64,000 bases of DNA, from contig PNKZ01000022.1 in NCBI GenBank assembly GCA_013822735.1, positions 39,625 through 103,624 of the forward strand, in the 5' to 3' direction. The number at the start of each line of letters is the position of its first letter. The first letter of the stretch is position 1. Of this stretch, positions 37,803-47,843 are shown piece by piece. The stretch is from Pirellula sp. (lineage in GTDB: Bacteria; Planctomycetota; Planctomycetia; Pirellulales; PNKZ01). A model generated the notes under the pieces. The model made no database searches, was not told the origin of the DNA, and saw only the letters and a program-made list of their open reading frames with translations. The position numbers and the translations under genes are program-made.

Positions 37803-39698
37803 ATGTTGAAACCCAGCCGAGACTCGATCATGTCCACACTTCGTCGTTCTGTGCCTCTCTCTTTGCTCGCCGGAGCGCTAATCGCCGCTTGCGCTGCGAC
37901 GCCCGTCGCGGCCCAGTCGACTCTCCTTGCACCGCAGCTCGTGGCACTGGCTCCGGCCGGCGGCGAGATCCCCGTCGACCTGAAGGTAAGCGTGCTCGGC
38001 ATGGTGCCGGAGGATGCCTACGGATTTTTGGTCCTCTCCGATTTCGAGAAGAACCGCGCCACGGTCGAAGGCTTGTTGCACAAGCTCAAGGTTCCGTTCG
38101 ACACCACGCGCGAATACGCCGACTTCAACGACTTCGTCGAACGGCTCGAAGGCTGGGACAGCACCGGCCCGCACGCGCTCGTGCTGATGCCGGTAGAAGG
38201 CGAAGACGAGCCGGAAGCGGTGCTCGTCGTGCCGGTGAAGGACTACAAGAAGTTCGCGGCTTCGATCGGCGCGGATGAAGCGGAAGACGGCCCTACGGAA
38301 TTTGATTTCCAAGCGGAAGAGATGTTGATCGCCGAGAAGAACAATTATGCGCTGATTACGGCCAAGGAGTGCCTGCCGACGCTTGAGAGCGTGCTCGCCT
38401 CGAAGAAGTCGGCTTCGGCATCTTGCGAAGCGATTCGCCCGTGGCTCGCCAAACAACAGCTGGCCGGCGTCGTGCTGCCGTCGACCGTGCAATTGGGTTG
38501 CAACGAATTGCTTAAGGCGTTGGAAGAAGCGAAGAAGTTTACCGACGGCACCGAGGAGTTGCCGAACGAGGAACTCACGAAGTATCTACCGCTGATCGAA
38601 ATCGGCCGCAAAGCCGCCATCCGCGTGGTCGAGGCGGCGCGCGATGATCTCACGCACCTGACGTTCTCGTTGCGCATCGACGAAAAACTCGGCGTCGCCA
38701 CGTCGGGCCAGGCGATCTTTAAGCCGAACGGCGCGTTCGCCGCGCTGCTGAAATCGAATCCGCCCCTCCCGGCGGACTGCTTGAAGAACTTGCCGGCGGA
38801 GCAATTTATCATGTCGCTGGCCTACGCCTACCCGAAGGCCGGCACGGAATTGTTCTATCAACTGATCGACGAACTCCTCACGGAAGCGTCGAAAATCGAA
38901 GACGTGCCGGTGGACGTGGCGAAGCTCAAGGAAGCGATCGTAGCCTCGCGAAAAATGGTCGCGCAGATGCAATATGTCTCCCAAACGCAGAGCATCGCCG
39001 GACCCGGCATGTACGACGGCGTCTACGGCATCTTTCACGTCGAAGACTCGCAAGCCTTCTTGGATCAGTACCAGGAGAGCATGAAACGAATCATGGCCGT
39101 GTTCGAGAAGCAGAAGGACATGCTGTCGGGCATTGAAATCGCCGATGCGAAAGTGGGCGACATCCACGCGATCAAAATGTCGATCGATATGCTGGAACTG
39201 TCGAAGAAGTTCGGCGCGCCCCCGCAACCGCAGCAAGACATCATGATGAAGGCGATGTTCGGCGGCGAAGGTAAGATGACGGTCTTCGTCGCCGCGGCGA
39301 CGAAAGACAAGGTCGTCATGTCGTACGGCGAGCCGGGCCTGAAGACGATCGTCGAATCAGTGAAAGCCGATAAGCCGGGCCTAGCCGACGACGTGATGAT
39401 CAAGAAAACGGCGGCGCTCTTGCCGAGCGGCGTCATGGGCGTCGGCTACGTCGACATCGGCGGCTACATCGAAATGATGAAGAAAATGGTCACGGCGGCC
39501 ATGGCGGCCAACGGCGCGGGAGGACAGTTTCCGCTGCCGATTCCGCCGTTTCCGAACTCGCCGCCGCTCGGCTACACCTTTAAAACGTACGAGAACACGG
39601 CCACGGTCGACTTCGTCGTGCCGCTGGAACTCATGGAAAACACGCGCGACTTCGTCATGCAAATCCAGGGGCTGATCGGCGCCTTCGCACCGCGTTAG
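37803..39698 (+). CDS. large secreted hypothetical protein
   Basis: Coding-like composition over about 630 aa with a signal peptide (..STLRRSVPLSLLAGALIAACAATPVAAQ). Possible ATG starts are 37803 and 37830. The ORF-track N-terminal extension lies in repeat sequence. Confidence 0.7.
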   Translation: MLKPSRDSIMSTLRRSVPLSLLAGALIAACAATPVAAQSTLLAPQLVALAPAGGEIPVDLKVSVLGMVPEDAYGFLVLSDFEKNRATVEGLLHKLKVPFDTTREYADFNDFVERLEGWDSTGPHALVLMPVEGEDEPEAVLVVPVKDYKKFAASIGADEAEDGPTEFDFQAEEMLIAEKNNYALITAKECLPTLESVLASKKSASASCEAIRPWLAKQQLAGVVLPSTVQLGCNELLKALEEAKKFTDGTEELPNEELTKYLPLIEIGRKAAIRVVEAARDDLTHLTFSLRIDEKLGVATSGQAIFKPNGAFAALLKSNPPLPADCLKNLPAEQFIMSLAYAYPKAGTELFYQLIDELLTEASKIEDVPVDVAKLKEAIVASRKMVAQMQYVSQTQSIAGPGMYDGVYGIFHVEDSQAFLDQYQESMKRIMAVFEKQKDMLSGIEIADAKVGDIHAIKMSIDMLELSKKFGAPPQPQQDIMMKAMFGGEGKMTVFVAAATKDKVVMSYGEPGLKTIVESVKADKPGLADDVMIKKTAALLPSGVMGVGYVDIGGYIEMMKKMVTAAMAANGAGGQFPLPIPPFPNSPPLGYTFKTYENTATVDFVVPLELMENTRDFVMQIQGLIGAFAPR

Positions 39699-39822
39699 TT
39701 CGTGGTGGTCAACCATTTACCCGCGGAGTTCGTCTCCGCGCGGACTTGAGCATATTCGGTTCAAATTTTCCCGCTAAAGGCTTCGCCGCGCACGGCCGAT
39801 GATTGTAGTCGTCAGGGCATGC

Positions 39823-39893
39823 GAGGATGGAGCCAGACGGCTAGGCAACCGGCTGCAACCCGGTGAAAGTGGGTTCGATTCCCACCGTCCTCT
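39823..39893 (+). tRNA. tRNA-Cys (anticodon GCA)
   Basis: GAGGATGGAGCCAGACGGCTAGGCAACCGGCTGCAACCCGGTGAAAGTGGGTTCGATTCCCACCGTCCTCT. Acceptor GAGGATG/CGTCCTC (one G-U pair), anticodon stem ACCGG/CCGGT with loop CTGCAAC, T-arm GTGGG-TTCGATT-CCCAC, discriminator U73 as expected for Cys. Confidence 0.85.
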
Positions 39894-39909
39894 CTTTGAA
39901 TCTGCAATG

Positions 39910-39946
39910 GCGAGCGGCGGGCTTCGTGCCCGCCGCTCGCTTTTTT
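39910..39946 (+). terminator. rho-independent terminator after tRNA-Cys
   Basis: GCGAGCGGCGGGC-ttcg-TGCCCGCCGCTCGC followed by TTTTTT. The stem belongs to the GCGAGCGGCGGG repeat family. Confidence 0.75.
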
Positions 39947-39969
39947 GCAGCCTCGCCTTTTTTACGGCA

Positions 39970-40902
39970 TCAGCGATGTGCGAATCGCCGCGCCTGCTCG
40001 GCGATATTGACGCCGACCTCTTCGCTCCACGCCGCGAGCAGCTTCTTGAAGAACGGCCCGGGTCGGCCATCGCCGATTGGCGCGTCATCGAGTTTGACGA
40101 CCGGCAACAGACAGAACGGCGTGCTGGTGAGCCAAAGCTCGCGGAAATCGCTTGCCAATCGATTGGGCCACAGACCTTCGCCGAACCCACGAACCTCGAA
40201 GCGCCGGTAAGCTAATTCCTGCACGACTGCCACGCTCACGCCGGGCAAGACGGCGTCGCGCCGAGGGGTCCATAACGCACCGGCCTTGCCCGAGTCGGCC
40301 AAAGCAACGACGTTCGCCGTCGCTGTTTCGTTCACGGCCCCCTCCTCGTCGAGCAACAGCGCTCGGGCGCCGGGAGCGCGTCGGCGCACTTCCTGATCCG
40401 CCAAGTAGTAGTGCATCCGGCTGCGGCACTTCAACTCGCGCGGCCACGACTCGGCCGCAACTTGCCGCACGGTGCTCGTTACGAGATGCTCGCCTGCTTC
40501 ATACTTGCCGGACCATAGTTGGAACGGCAGCGGATAGGTACTCATGCCGATGGTCGGTCGGCGCGGCACGTTCGGCGGAGCGAGCGTGGCGTACGGTCCC
40601 GGCGTGATGAATATCGACAGGCCCAGGTCGTCGGCAGGGTCGAGCAGTTTGAAGTTTGCCGCAACGAGTTCCGCGGCCGCCGACGCAAGTTCGTCGAGGT
40701 TCATCGGCGGCTCAATGCCGACAATCTCCAGCGAGCGTGACAGTCGCGACCAATGCTCTTCGTCTTTGAACAGCTTCCCGCCGAACGTACGGAGCTGTTC
40801 GCTCACCGTCGCGCCGAGTACGAACCCGGCGTCGTAGGCGGGGATCGCAAGTTCGGCGGCCGGGATCATGCGGCCGTTCAGGAATGCCCAAGGCTTGTTC
40901 AT
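39970..40902 (-). CDS. aminotransferase class IV family protein (divergent paralogue)
   Basis: ATG at 40902 (MNKPWAFLNGRMIP..). Fold-type IV pattern with a putative catalytic Lys in ELKCRSRMHYYLA. This motif is shared with the gene at 58697. Confidence 0.75.
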   Translation of the reverse strand: MNKPWAFLNGRMIPAAELAIPAYDAGFVLGATVSEQLRTFGGKLFKDEEHWSRLSRSLEIVGIEPPMNLDELASAAAELVAANFKLLDPADDLGLSIFITPGPYATLAPPNVPRRPTIGMSTYPLPFQLWSGKYEAGEHLVTSTVRQVAAESWPRELKCRSRMHYYLADQEVRRRAPGARALLLDEEGAVNETATANVVALADSGKAGALWTPRRDAVLPGVSVAVVQELAYRRFEVRGFGEGLWPNRLASDFRELWLTSTPFCLLPVVKLDDAPIGDGRPGPFFKKLLAAWSEEVGVNIAEQARRFAHR

Positions 40903-40959
40903 CGTGCTATTATGCTCGACTTCAGCGCCGCCGAAAATGAAAAACCGTCGACCACGCAC

Positions 40960-41928
40960 ATGACCAAGCCGTTACGAATCGGAATCCTCGGGTGTGCCCG
41001 CATCGTTCGCAGGGCCATCGCCGGCGCGCTCCGTAAGACTCCGCACGCCGTACTCCAAGCGATCGCCGGACGCGACGGCGCGACCGCCGCCGCGTGGGCC
41101 GCGGAGTTCGGCATCCCGAGCCATTACGACAACTACGAAGCCCTGATTTCGGACGCGAACGTCGACGCCGTTTACCTACCGCTCCCCAACGAGCTACATC
41201 GCCCCTGGGCCCTGAAAGCCGCCGCTTTGGGGAAGCACGTACTCTGCGAAAAGCCGCTCGGGCTCGACGAGGCTGACGCATATCAGGTTGTTGAGGGTTG
41301 TCGGCAGGCCGGCGTCGTGCTGATGGAAGCCTTCATGTGGCGGCATCATCCGCGCGTCGCCCTGGCAAAGAAGATGCTTGCCGAAGGAAAGCTCGGCGAG
41401 TTGCGACTCGTGAAGATGGACTTCTCCTTCGTGATCGACCCGAACGACTGGCGGCTCGATGCCGCCCGCGGCGGCGGAGCGCTGTACGACCTCGGCTGTT
41501 ACGGCATCAACATTAGCCGCTTCTTCGCCGGGGCCGAGCCGACGGAGATCCACGCCCGAGCCCGACACTTGCGACCGCTCGTGGATATGACGCTGGCCAT
41601 GCAGTTGCAGTTTCCCGGCCACGTGACGGCGCTACTCGATGCGAGCTTCGAATGCCCGGATCGCAACCGGTTTGAACTGGTCGGCACCAAGGGGACGCTC
41701 GAATTTCCCGGCGGTGTGCTCCCGCCCGAGGAAGCTACGCTCCTCTACCGCACAGCCTCGGGCACGGAAACCATCACGCTTCCCGCGGCCGATCAATACA
41801 CGGCGATGATCGAATGCTTCGCCCGCAGCGTCGCCGCCGGAAAACTGGAATCCCCGGCAGAAGACGGACTGGCGAACATGCGCGTGCTGCAAGCCGTGCG
41901 CGACGCAGCGATGAACGCCGCGAAGTAA
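40960..41928 (+). CDS. Gfo/Idh/MocA family oxidoreductase
   Basis: ATG at 40960 (MTKPLRIGILGCARIVRR..) and the EKP motif (LCEKPLGL). Confidence 0.85.
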   Translation: MTKPLRIGILGCARIVRRAIAGALRKTPHAVLQAIAGRDGATAAAWAAEFGIPSHYDNYEALISDANVDAVYLPLPNELHRPWALKAAALGKHVLCEKPLGLDEADAYQVVEGCRQAGVVLMEAFMWRHHPRVALAKKMLAEGKLGELRLVKMDFSFVIDPNDWRLDAARGGGALYDLGCYGINISRFFAGAEPTEIHARARHLRPLVDMTLAMQLQFPGHVTALLDASFECPDRNRFELVGTKGTLEFPGGVLPPEEATLLYRTASGTETITLPAADQYTAMIECFARSVAAGKLESPAEDGLANMRVLQAVRDAAMNAAK

Positions 41929-41937
41929 GCAGCGACT

Positions 41938-43227
41938 TTACGCGCTTGGAATCACTTCCCCGCGCGTGAGGTCTTCCGGCGTTTGACGGGCGCGAATTAG
42001 GTGAGCCTGACCGTTCCTCAAGAGCACTTCGGCCGCCAGCGGCTTGCTGTTGTAGTTGGAGCCCATCGCGAAGCCGTAAGCTCCGGCACATTCCAACACG
42101 AGCAATTCGCCCACTTGAGCGGTCGGCAACTTGCGCGTGGTCACGAAGCCCCCTTCGGCTTGCGTGAAGATGTCGCCCGATTCGCAAAGCGGACCGCCGA
42201 CGACGGCTTCCACTTCCGGCCGCGGCGACGTAGCGTCAACCGACGCATCGGCCATATCGAGCGGGCCCGGCACGATCGACATCGGGTGGTGCGAGCCGTA
42301 AAGAATCGGTCGCGCCAGATTATTAAACCCGGCATCGAGCAAATAGAACGTGTTTTTCCCCATTTGCTTGATCGCGCGAATTTCGGCGACGAGATACCCG
42401 CTCTCCGCCACAAGGTAGCGACCCGGCTCAATTTCGAGCGTGAGCTTGTGCCCGAACTTCTGTTCCAGACGCTTGCGGGAAGCGTCCCATAGCGAGAAAT
42501 ACACGGACGTGTCGACGTACGTGTCGCCGGCTTTGTAAATGGTGGGCAAGCCGCCGCCTGCGGAGATCGTGGTGAGCGTGCGACCGACGTCGCCGGCCAG
42601 TTTCTCCATGGCGCCGCAAACTTGCGAGAGGTGCTCCAAGTCGGTGCCGGAGCCGATGTGTAAATGCAGGCCGGTTACGGAAAGGCCGTGCCGATCGGCG
42701 ATCCGCAAGCAGTCGTCGAGTTGCTCGTGCCAAATGCCGTGCTTCGATTGTTCGCCGCCGGTATTGGTCTTTTGGCTGTGCCCATGGCCGAAGCCGGGAT
42801 TGATGCGCAGCGTTACATTGGCGCCGGGCTTGCGGCTGCCGTACTGCTCAAGCATGTCGGGCGAACCGCAGTTGACGTGGATATCGTGCTTGAGCACCAT
42901 CGCCAGTGCGTCGCGGTCGAAGATGTCGGCCGTGTAGACGATCGGATGGGTATCCCCCGCGGCGTGCGGTTGGAACCCGGCCGCGAGCGCGCGATGAATT
43001 TCGCCTGCACTCACCGCGTCGACGAGTACTCCCTTGCGACGCATCAGATCGAGAATCGCGATGTTCGAGCAGGCCTTCTGCGCGAAGCGCACCACGTCGA
43101 ACATCTTCAAATCGTCGATCTTCCGCTCGATGACGGCGGCGTCGTAGACGTAAGTCGGCGTGCCGAAGCGGCGGGCGATTTCGCGCAGCGAAACGCCGGC
43201 GAGTTCAGTACGAGTGGCGGGAAACAT
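41938..43227 (-). CDS. lysA: diaminopimelate decarboxylase
   Basis: 429 aa with PLP-Lys region FAQKACSN, HIGSG, GGGLP and the CESGD motif. ATG verified. Confidence 0.9.
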   Translation of the reverse strand: MFPATRTELAGVSLREIARRFGTPTYVYDAAVIERKIDDLKMFDVVRFAQKACSNIAILDLMRRKGVLVDAVSAGEIHRALAAGFQPHAAGDTHPIVYTADIFDRDALAMVLKHDIHVNCGSPDMLEQYGSRKPGANVTLRINPGFGHGHSQKTNTGGEQSKHGIWHEQLDDCLRIADRHGLSVTGLHLHIGSGTDLEHLSQVCGAMEKLAGDVGRTLTTISAGGGLPTIYKAGDTYVDTSVYFSLWDASRKRLEQKFGHKLTLEIEPGRYLVAESGYLVAEIRAIKQMGKNTFYLLDAGFNNLARPILYGSHHPMSIVPGPLDMADASVDATSPRPEVEAVVGGPLCESGDIFTQAEGGFVTTRKLPTAQVGELLVLECAGAYGFAMGSNYNSKPLAAEVLLRNGQAHLIRARQTPEDLTRGEVIPSA

Positions 43228-43326
43228 CGAAACGTCTCGCTGGAAGACAGGGAATAGCTTGCGAATGGCCGAGCCTATCGCGCCGGACCGATCGCGAAAA
43301 GGGGGCGGGGGGTGACGGCCGCGACT

Positions 43327-44154
43327 TCATCGTTCGGGCGAGCCTTCGCCTGCCGAAGTCTCGCCGGTAGGAGGCGCCGCGTCCGGTTTGGGTTCGTTTA
43401 ATGGCTCGTTCTGGGGCGGCACGGAGTTCTGCGGGGGCGTATTGTCGGGAGTTTCCTCTCGACGCTTATGATGCCGCCGGCGCTGATGATCGCGATGCCG
43501 TCGCCGACGTCGGCGACGTTTCTGCTCGCCGAGCGCGTACTGGGCGGCGTAATACGCCGGGCTGTGCGTCTCAACGACGAAGAATATCTGCAAGACTAAG
43601 CAAACGAGAACACCGGCAAGTGCGCCGAGAACGTCGGCCTCCCAATCGGCTGTTTCGCGCGTGCGTCCGGTAAGCGGCTGAGTCTGCTCATCGAGGTATC
43701 CATAGGCGACGCAACCGAGGAACACGGCCGCATAAACAGAAAGCGGAGGATTTCTCCCCGACGATCTCTCCATCGACCACGCTTCAGCCGTACGGCAAAG
43801 CAACAGCGCGAATCCGAAGTAGGCAAAGCCGTGCAGCCAGAGGTCCGTGTCGCCGGTCAGCAGAATATCGCCCGGCAGGAAGTCGCTCGGCGAATGCATG
43901 AAGAAGAGTAAGAACAACCAGTAAATGCCCGTCGCCATTGCCCAAAAGAACGTGTTGCTCGCGCCGAGCGTTTCCGGCTTAGCAACAAACAAGCTCGAAC
44001 GCGAACCGCTCGACGAACGCCGCGAACGCGATTTGTGCTTGGCAGAACCGGATGACGAACCACTGGAAGAGGACGAACCTGACGAAGAGTCGGCGGAGCG
44101 GCGGCGACGTCGATGCGAACGGCGACGTCGGCGTCGAGGTTCTTCGTCGGCCAT
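43327..44154 (-). CDS. VanZ-like membrane protein with Arg/Ser-rich N-terminal and poly-Arg C-terminal tails
   Basis: The central four-TM region resembles VanZ (WLHGFAYFGFALLL..). The ATG at 44154 (MADEEPRRRRRRSH..) is preferred, because the ORF-track start 44175 is TTG and overlaps holB. Confidence 0.65.
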   Translation of the reverse strand: MADEEPRRRRRRSHRRRRRSADSSSGSSSSSGSSSGSAKHKSRSRRSSSGSRSSLFVAKPETLGASNTFFWAMATGIYWLFLLFFMHSPSDFLPGDILLTGDTDLWLHGFAYFGFALLLCRTAEAWSMERSSGRNPPLSVYAAVFLGCVAYGYLDEQTQPLTGRTRETADWEADVLGALAGVLVCLVLQIFFVVETHSPAYYAAQYALGEQKRRRRRRRHRDHQRRRHHKRREETPDNTPPQNSVPPQNEPLNEPKPDAAPPTGETSAGEGSPER

Positions 44155-44167
44155 CGTAGAGCGCTCC

Positions 44168-45229
44168 TTAGACAAGGCCGGCGTGCAACGCCGCGGACTT
44201 GCCCAAATCGTCGCAGAGCGCTTCCACGATCATCGTTTGATGGGCATTGCGATCGACCTGCTCCACGGCTTCCAAACAGCGCTCGACCAACGCCGCGACC
44301 GACTCCAAGTCGCCGCCGCGCGTTTTGACGGCGGCGACGGCCGCCCGTTGCAATTCCGCATCCGGGCTCGGCGGGGCGCCCGCCAACGTGTGCATCGTCG
44401 CGCGAAAGAAGTCGGCCAGCAAGCCGATTCCCTGTCGCAGGCGGTTGCGGCGTTCGCCGGCCTCTTTGCCTGCTCCCTCGGCAAACGCCAGCAGCAACTT
44501 TGCCAACGATTGCGAATTGCCGGGCTCGACAACGGGTATTGCGAACAACTCGCGCCGAAATTCCAGCAATGCCGGTTCCGCCCACTGGCGTGCTCGTTCT
44601 AAGCTCCCTTGCGCGCAGATCGCGACGCGCTCGGCATCCTCGGGCTTCGCAATTCCTTGTTCCACGACGAGACGCGCCAGGTCCGTCGGCGATAGGGGCG
44701 CGAAGCGCACGAGTTGCGATCGGGACCGGATCGTCGGCAGTTGTCGATCGGCCCCGGTGCTCAAAAGAATGATCACCGAGCGCGGCGGCGGCTCTTCCAG
44801 TGTTTTCAGGAGAGCGTTGGCCCCTTCTTCGTTCAGGTCGTCGGCATCATCGATGACGGCAATACGTCGCCCGCCGCGAAACGGCTTCATGCCGATATCG
44901 TGACAGAGCCCTTGCCGCATCCGGTTCTCAGGCGGACCGATCAGCAAGCTCAACGGAATCTCGCTTTTGTCCGCCGGCTTGGCCACGGTGAGCAGGTCGG
45001 GATGGTTGCCGGCCTGCGCAAGTCGGCAGTCTTCACAATGGCCGCAGGGGTCGAGCGAGCCATGGGTTCCTTCGCGGCAGAGCAACGCCTGGGCGAGTTT
45101 GAGGGCAAACGTTCGCTTGCCGACTCCCGCCGGACCGACGAACAGGAACGTACCGTTCACGCGTCCCGACACCAAGCGGCGGCGGAATTGCTCGACAACG
45201 GCGTCCTGACCGACGATCCCCTGCCACAT
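44168..45229 (-). CDS. holB: DNA polymerase III subunit delta-prime
   Basis: AAA+ clamp-loader pattern: GPAGVGKRT, zinc module CGHCEDC, Walker B VIDDAD, sensor TIRSRSQ. Confidence 0.85.
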   Translation of the reverse strand: MWQGIVGQDAVVEQFRRRLVSGRVNGTFLFVGPAGVGKRTFALKLAQALLCREGTHGSLDPCGHCEDCRLAQAGNHPDLLTVAKPADKSEIPLSLLIGPPENRMRQGLCHDIGMKPFRGGRRIAVIDDADDLNEEGANALLKTLEEPPPRSVIILLSTGADRQLPTIRSRSQLVRFAPLSPTDLARLVVEQGIAKPEDAERVAICAQGSLERARQWAEPALLEFRRELFAIPVVEPGNSQSLAKLLLAFAEGAGKEAGERRNRLRQGIGLLADFFRATMHTLAGAPPSPDAELQRAAVAAVKTRGGDLESVAALVERCLEAVEQVDRNAHQTMIVEALCDDLGKSAALHAGLV

Positions 45230-45594
45230 GGGCGACGACCCGGAAAAGTTGAAAAATGTACGAAACCGACCAATTGCCCTGCTCGAAAACCCGCCGGCAA
45301 TTCTAGCTTGCCGCTCTTACCGAAGGGAGCAACGATCGCTAATTTCTCGGGCAATTTGCGGTAGTCGACGCCAGCGCGACCGATGGCCAAGCCCCTCGGC
45401 CCATCATTCGGCACGACGTTTGCCGACAGAGTGACCGGAAAGGTTTGCCTGTTGTCCTGATCGAAACGCTTGCGAAGCTATTACCCGATTCCTGTCGGCC
45501 GGTTGAAGACCGTCAAGTAAACTGTGCGATAAGGATCACAGAAGAGTCACGGACGATTCGCTTTCGCCGGCCCAAGTTGTTGTGAGGTACAGGG

Positions 45595-46452
45595 ATGAAG
45601 TGGAGCCAGATGCGTTGGTTGGCCGTGGTGCTGTTGGCCGTCGCGGCCGGCGCGACGCCTTATTGCTACTCGCAACAGCCCGGCGGAAAAGGTTCCACGT
45701 CGCCGAGCCCGGTGCAAACTGCGCGCAGCGATACGCCCGGCGTCGGCAACGTTCAGGAGCACCCGCTCAAGCGAGCCACCGACTTGGCACGCGCCGCGAT
45801 GGAGCAGGCGCAACGCTTGCAAGGCTGCACGTTCATCATGGTCAAACGCGAAAGCGTGAACGGCAAGCTCTCGGGCCATGAGGCCGTGTTTATGAAGGTG
45901 CGGACCCAGCCGTTCAGCGTTTACGCCTATACGCTCGGGCCCGTGCAACCCAAGGGCCGGGAAGCGATCTTTGTCGAAGGGCGCAACGGCAACAAAGCCC
46001 AAGTACACGTGACGGGCTTCCAACACAAGTTGATGGGCGTCATGTCGCTCGACCCCGCCGGTCCGGAAATGATGGACGGCAATCGCAATTCGATGACGAC
46101 GGCCGGCTTCGTCAACATGATGTCGAACATCCTGAAAATGTACGACCTCGAGGGGCGCCATCCGGAAAACGACGTGCAAATCTACACTGGCGCGAAAGTC
46201 GACGGCGTCGCCTGCACTTGCGTTCAAAATGCCCACTCGGTCCGTCGTCCGGACTTCCCGTACCACATGACGCGCGTCTTTTACGACGAACAGACTTCGC
46301 TTCCCATCCGCTGGGAAGCCTACGATTGGCCCGCCAAAGCCGGGGCCGCGCCGGCCCTGCTCGAGGAATACACCTATCGCAATGTGAAGCTCAACCCGGG
46401 CCTCACCGATGCCGACTTCGACATCAACAATCCGGCTTACGGCTACAAATAG
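45595..46452 (+). CDS. secreted hypothetical protein (DUF1571-like suspected)
   Basis: 285 aa with a signal peptide (MKWSQMRWLAVVLLAVAAGA) and coding-like composition. The family name comes from memory only. Confidence 0.6.
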   Translation: MKWSQMRWLAVVLLAVAAGATPYCYSQQPGGKGSTSPSPVQTARSDTPGVGNVQEHPLKRATDLARAAMEQAQRLQGCTFIMVKRESVNGKLSGHEAVFMKVRTQPFSVYAYTLGPVQPKGREAIFVEGRNGNKAQVHVTGFQHKLMGVMSLDPAGPEMMDGNRNSMTTAGFVNMMSNILKMYDLEGRHPENDVQIYTGAKVDGVACTCVQNAHSVRRPDFPYHMTRVFYDEQTSLPIRWEAYDWPAKAGAAPALLEEYTYRNVKLNPGLTDADFDINNPAYGYK

Positions 46453-46481
46453 TACGCAAGTGGAACGCTCGCAAAATGGAT

Positions 46482-46520
46482 ACAGGACGCTCGATCGCAT
46501 TCGGCGGTCGAGCGTCCTGT
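46482..46520 (+). terminator. 13-bp stem-loop downstream of the secreted-protein gene
   Basis: ACAGGACGCTCGA-(13 nt)-TCGAGCGTCCTGT followed by tctcgtttcc, a weak T-tract. Confidence 0.4.
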
Positions 46521-46643
46521 TCTCGTTTCCGGGAGCATCGCGGCCGACGGCCCGCGCTCCTTCGGCGGGTGGCGGCCTACTTTAGGCTTTGATATCTTTA
46601 CGGGTTACGGTTTTCGGCTCGTATCGCAACGGAAGGTCTTCCC

Positions 46644-47696
46644 ATGACTTCGCCTCTCCAATCGCTTGTCGCCTGCGGCACCAAACTCTGGCTCGATTCG
46701 ATCGACCCTGAACTCGTGGCGAGTAATCGCGCTCTCGGGGCGACCGGTGCGACGAGCAACCCGATTATTATTGCCGACTTGCTGAAGACGGGACGGTTCG
46801 ACGACGAAATTGTCTCCCAGATCCGCAAGGGAGGTGACGATGTCGGCATCGCCTGGACCGTCACCGACTTGCTCGTGGGTCGCGCCCAAGAGGTGTTCAT
46901 CCCGGTCAACAAGGAAACCCACGGCGACGACGGCTATGTCAGCTTCGAACTCGATCCGCTCTTGGAAGACGCCGAACTCGGACCGCCCCTGAAGGATCGC
47001 ACGGCCGCCTACATCGAGCTCGGCAAGAAGTGGGCCAAGGGGCATGAAAACCGGATGATCAAAGTACCGGCCACGCCGGCGGGTCTCGGCTGCTTGGAAG
47101 AACTCGCGGCTGCTGGCGTGACGCTCAACGTCACGCTGATCTTCTCCATGCGCCAATACAAGGAAGCGCGCGACGCCGTCTGGCGCGGAGCGCAGCGCCG
47201 CAAAGACCTCGCGAAATTCAAGAGCGTCTACAGCATTTTCGTCTCGCGACTCGACGTCTACACGGAGAAGGCGGTGCCGCAACTCTCGGCCGCCGCGCAA
47301 GGCCAAGTCGGCATCGTGAACGCCAAGCGCATCTGGAAAGAGAATCTCGATTTCTGGGCGCCCAAGAAGACGCCGCTCAAGCAAGAAATGATCTTCGCGA
47401 GCACCGGCACGAAGAAGCCGGAAGACGCCCCTTGGAAGTACGTGGAAGCGTTCGCGGGGAGCGATATCGAAACCAACCCGCCGGCAACGAACGCCGCCGT
47501 CGAAAAGAGCGGGCGTACGTTCACGCGACAAGTCGACAAAATGCCTGCGCCCGAGGTGCTCGCCGAGATCGACAAGTTGGTCGACATGCAAAAACTCGAA
47601 GAGACGCTCATGCACGAAGGGCTCGCGAAATTCGCCGATCCGTTCAAGGCGCTCCTTAAGCTGATCGGCGAAAAGCGCAAATCGCTCGCCGGCTAA
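46644..47696 (+). CDS. tal: transaldolase
   Basis: 350 aa with [16 protein letters not shown] and the Schiff-base Lys context [11 protein letters not shown]. Confidence 0.9.
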   Translation: MTSPLQSLVACGTKLWLDSIDPELVASNRALGATGATSNPIIIADLLKTGRFDDEIVSQIRKGGDDVGIAWTVTDLLVGRAQEVFIPVNKETHGDDGYVSFELDPLLEDAELGPPLKDRTAAYIELGKKWAKGHENRMIKVPATPAGLGCLEELAAAGVTLNVTLIFSMRQYKEARDAVWRGAQRRKDLAKFKSVYSIFVSRLDVYTEKAVPQLSAAAQGQVGIVNAKRIWKENLDFWAPKKTPLKQEMIFASTGTKKPEDAPWKYVEAFAGSDIETNPPATNAAVEKSGRTFTRQVDKMPAPEVLAEIDKLVDMQKLEETLMHEGLAKFADPFKALLKLIGEKRKSLAG

Positions 47697-47716
47697 CATA
47701 CCTCGCGCATAAATCG

Positions 47717-47755
47717 CCCCTCGCCCCTTGCGGGAGAGGGGCCGGGGGTGAGGGG
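47717..47755. repeat. interspersed palindromic repeat CCCCTCGCCCCTTGCGGGAGAGGGGCCGGGGGTGAGGGG
   Basis: Third copy of the family, lying just after the tal stop codon. Confidence 0.7.
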
Positions 47756-47843
47756 CGAACTTCTTGGGAGCGCCAACTTCCTCAATCCGACGCCGCGATA
47801 CTCTCTCAATCATTCACGCCCCCTCTCTCACGCAGCAAGTTCC

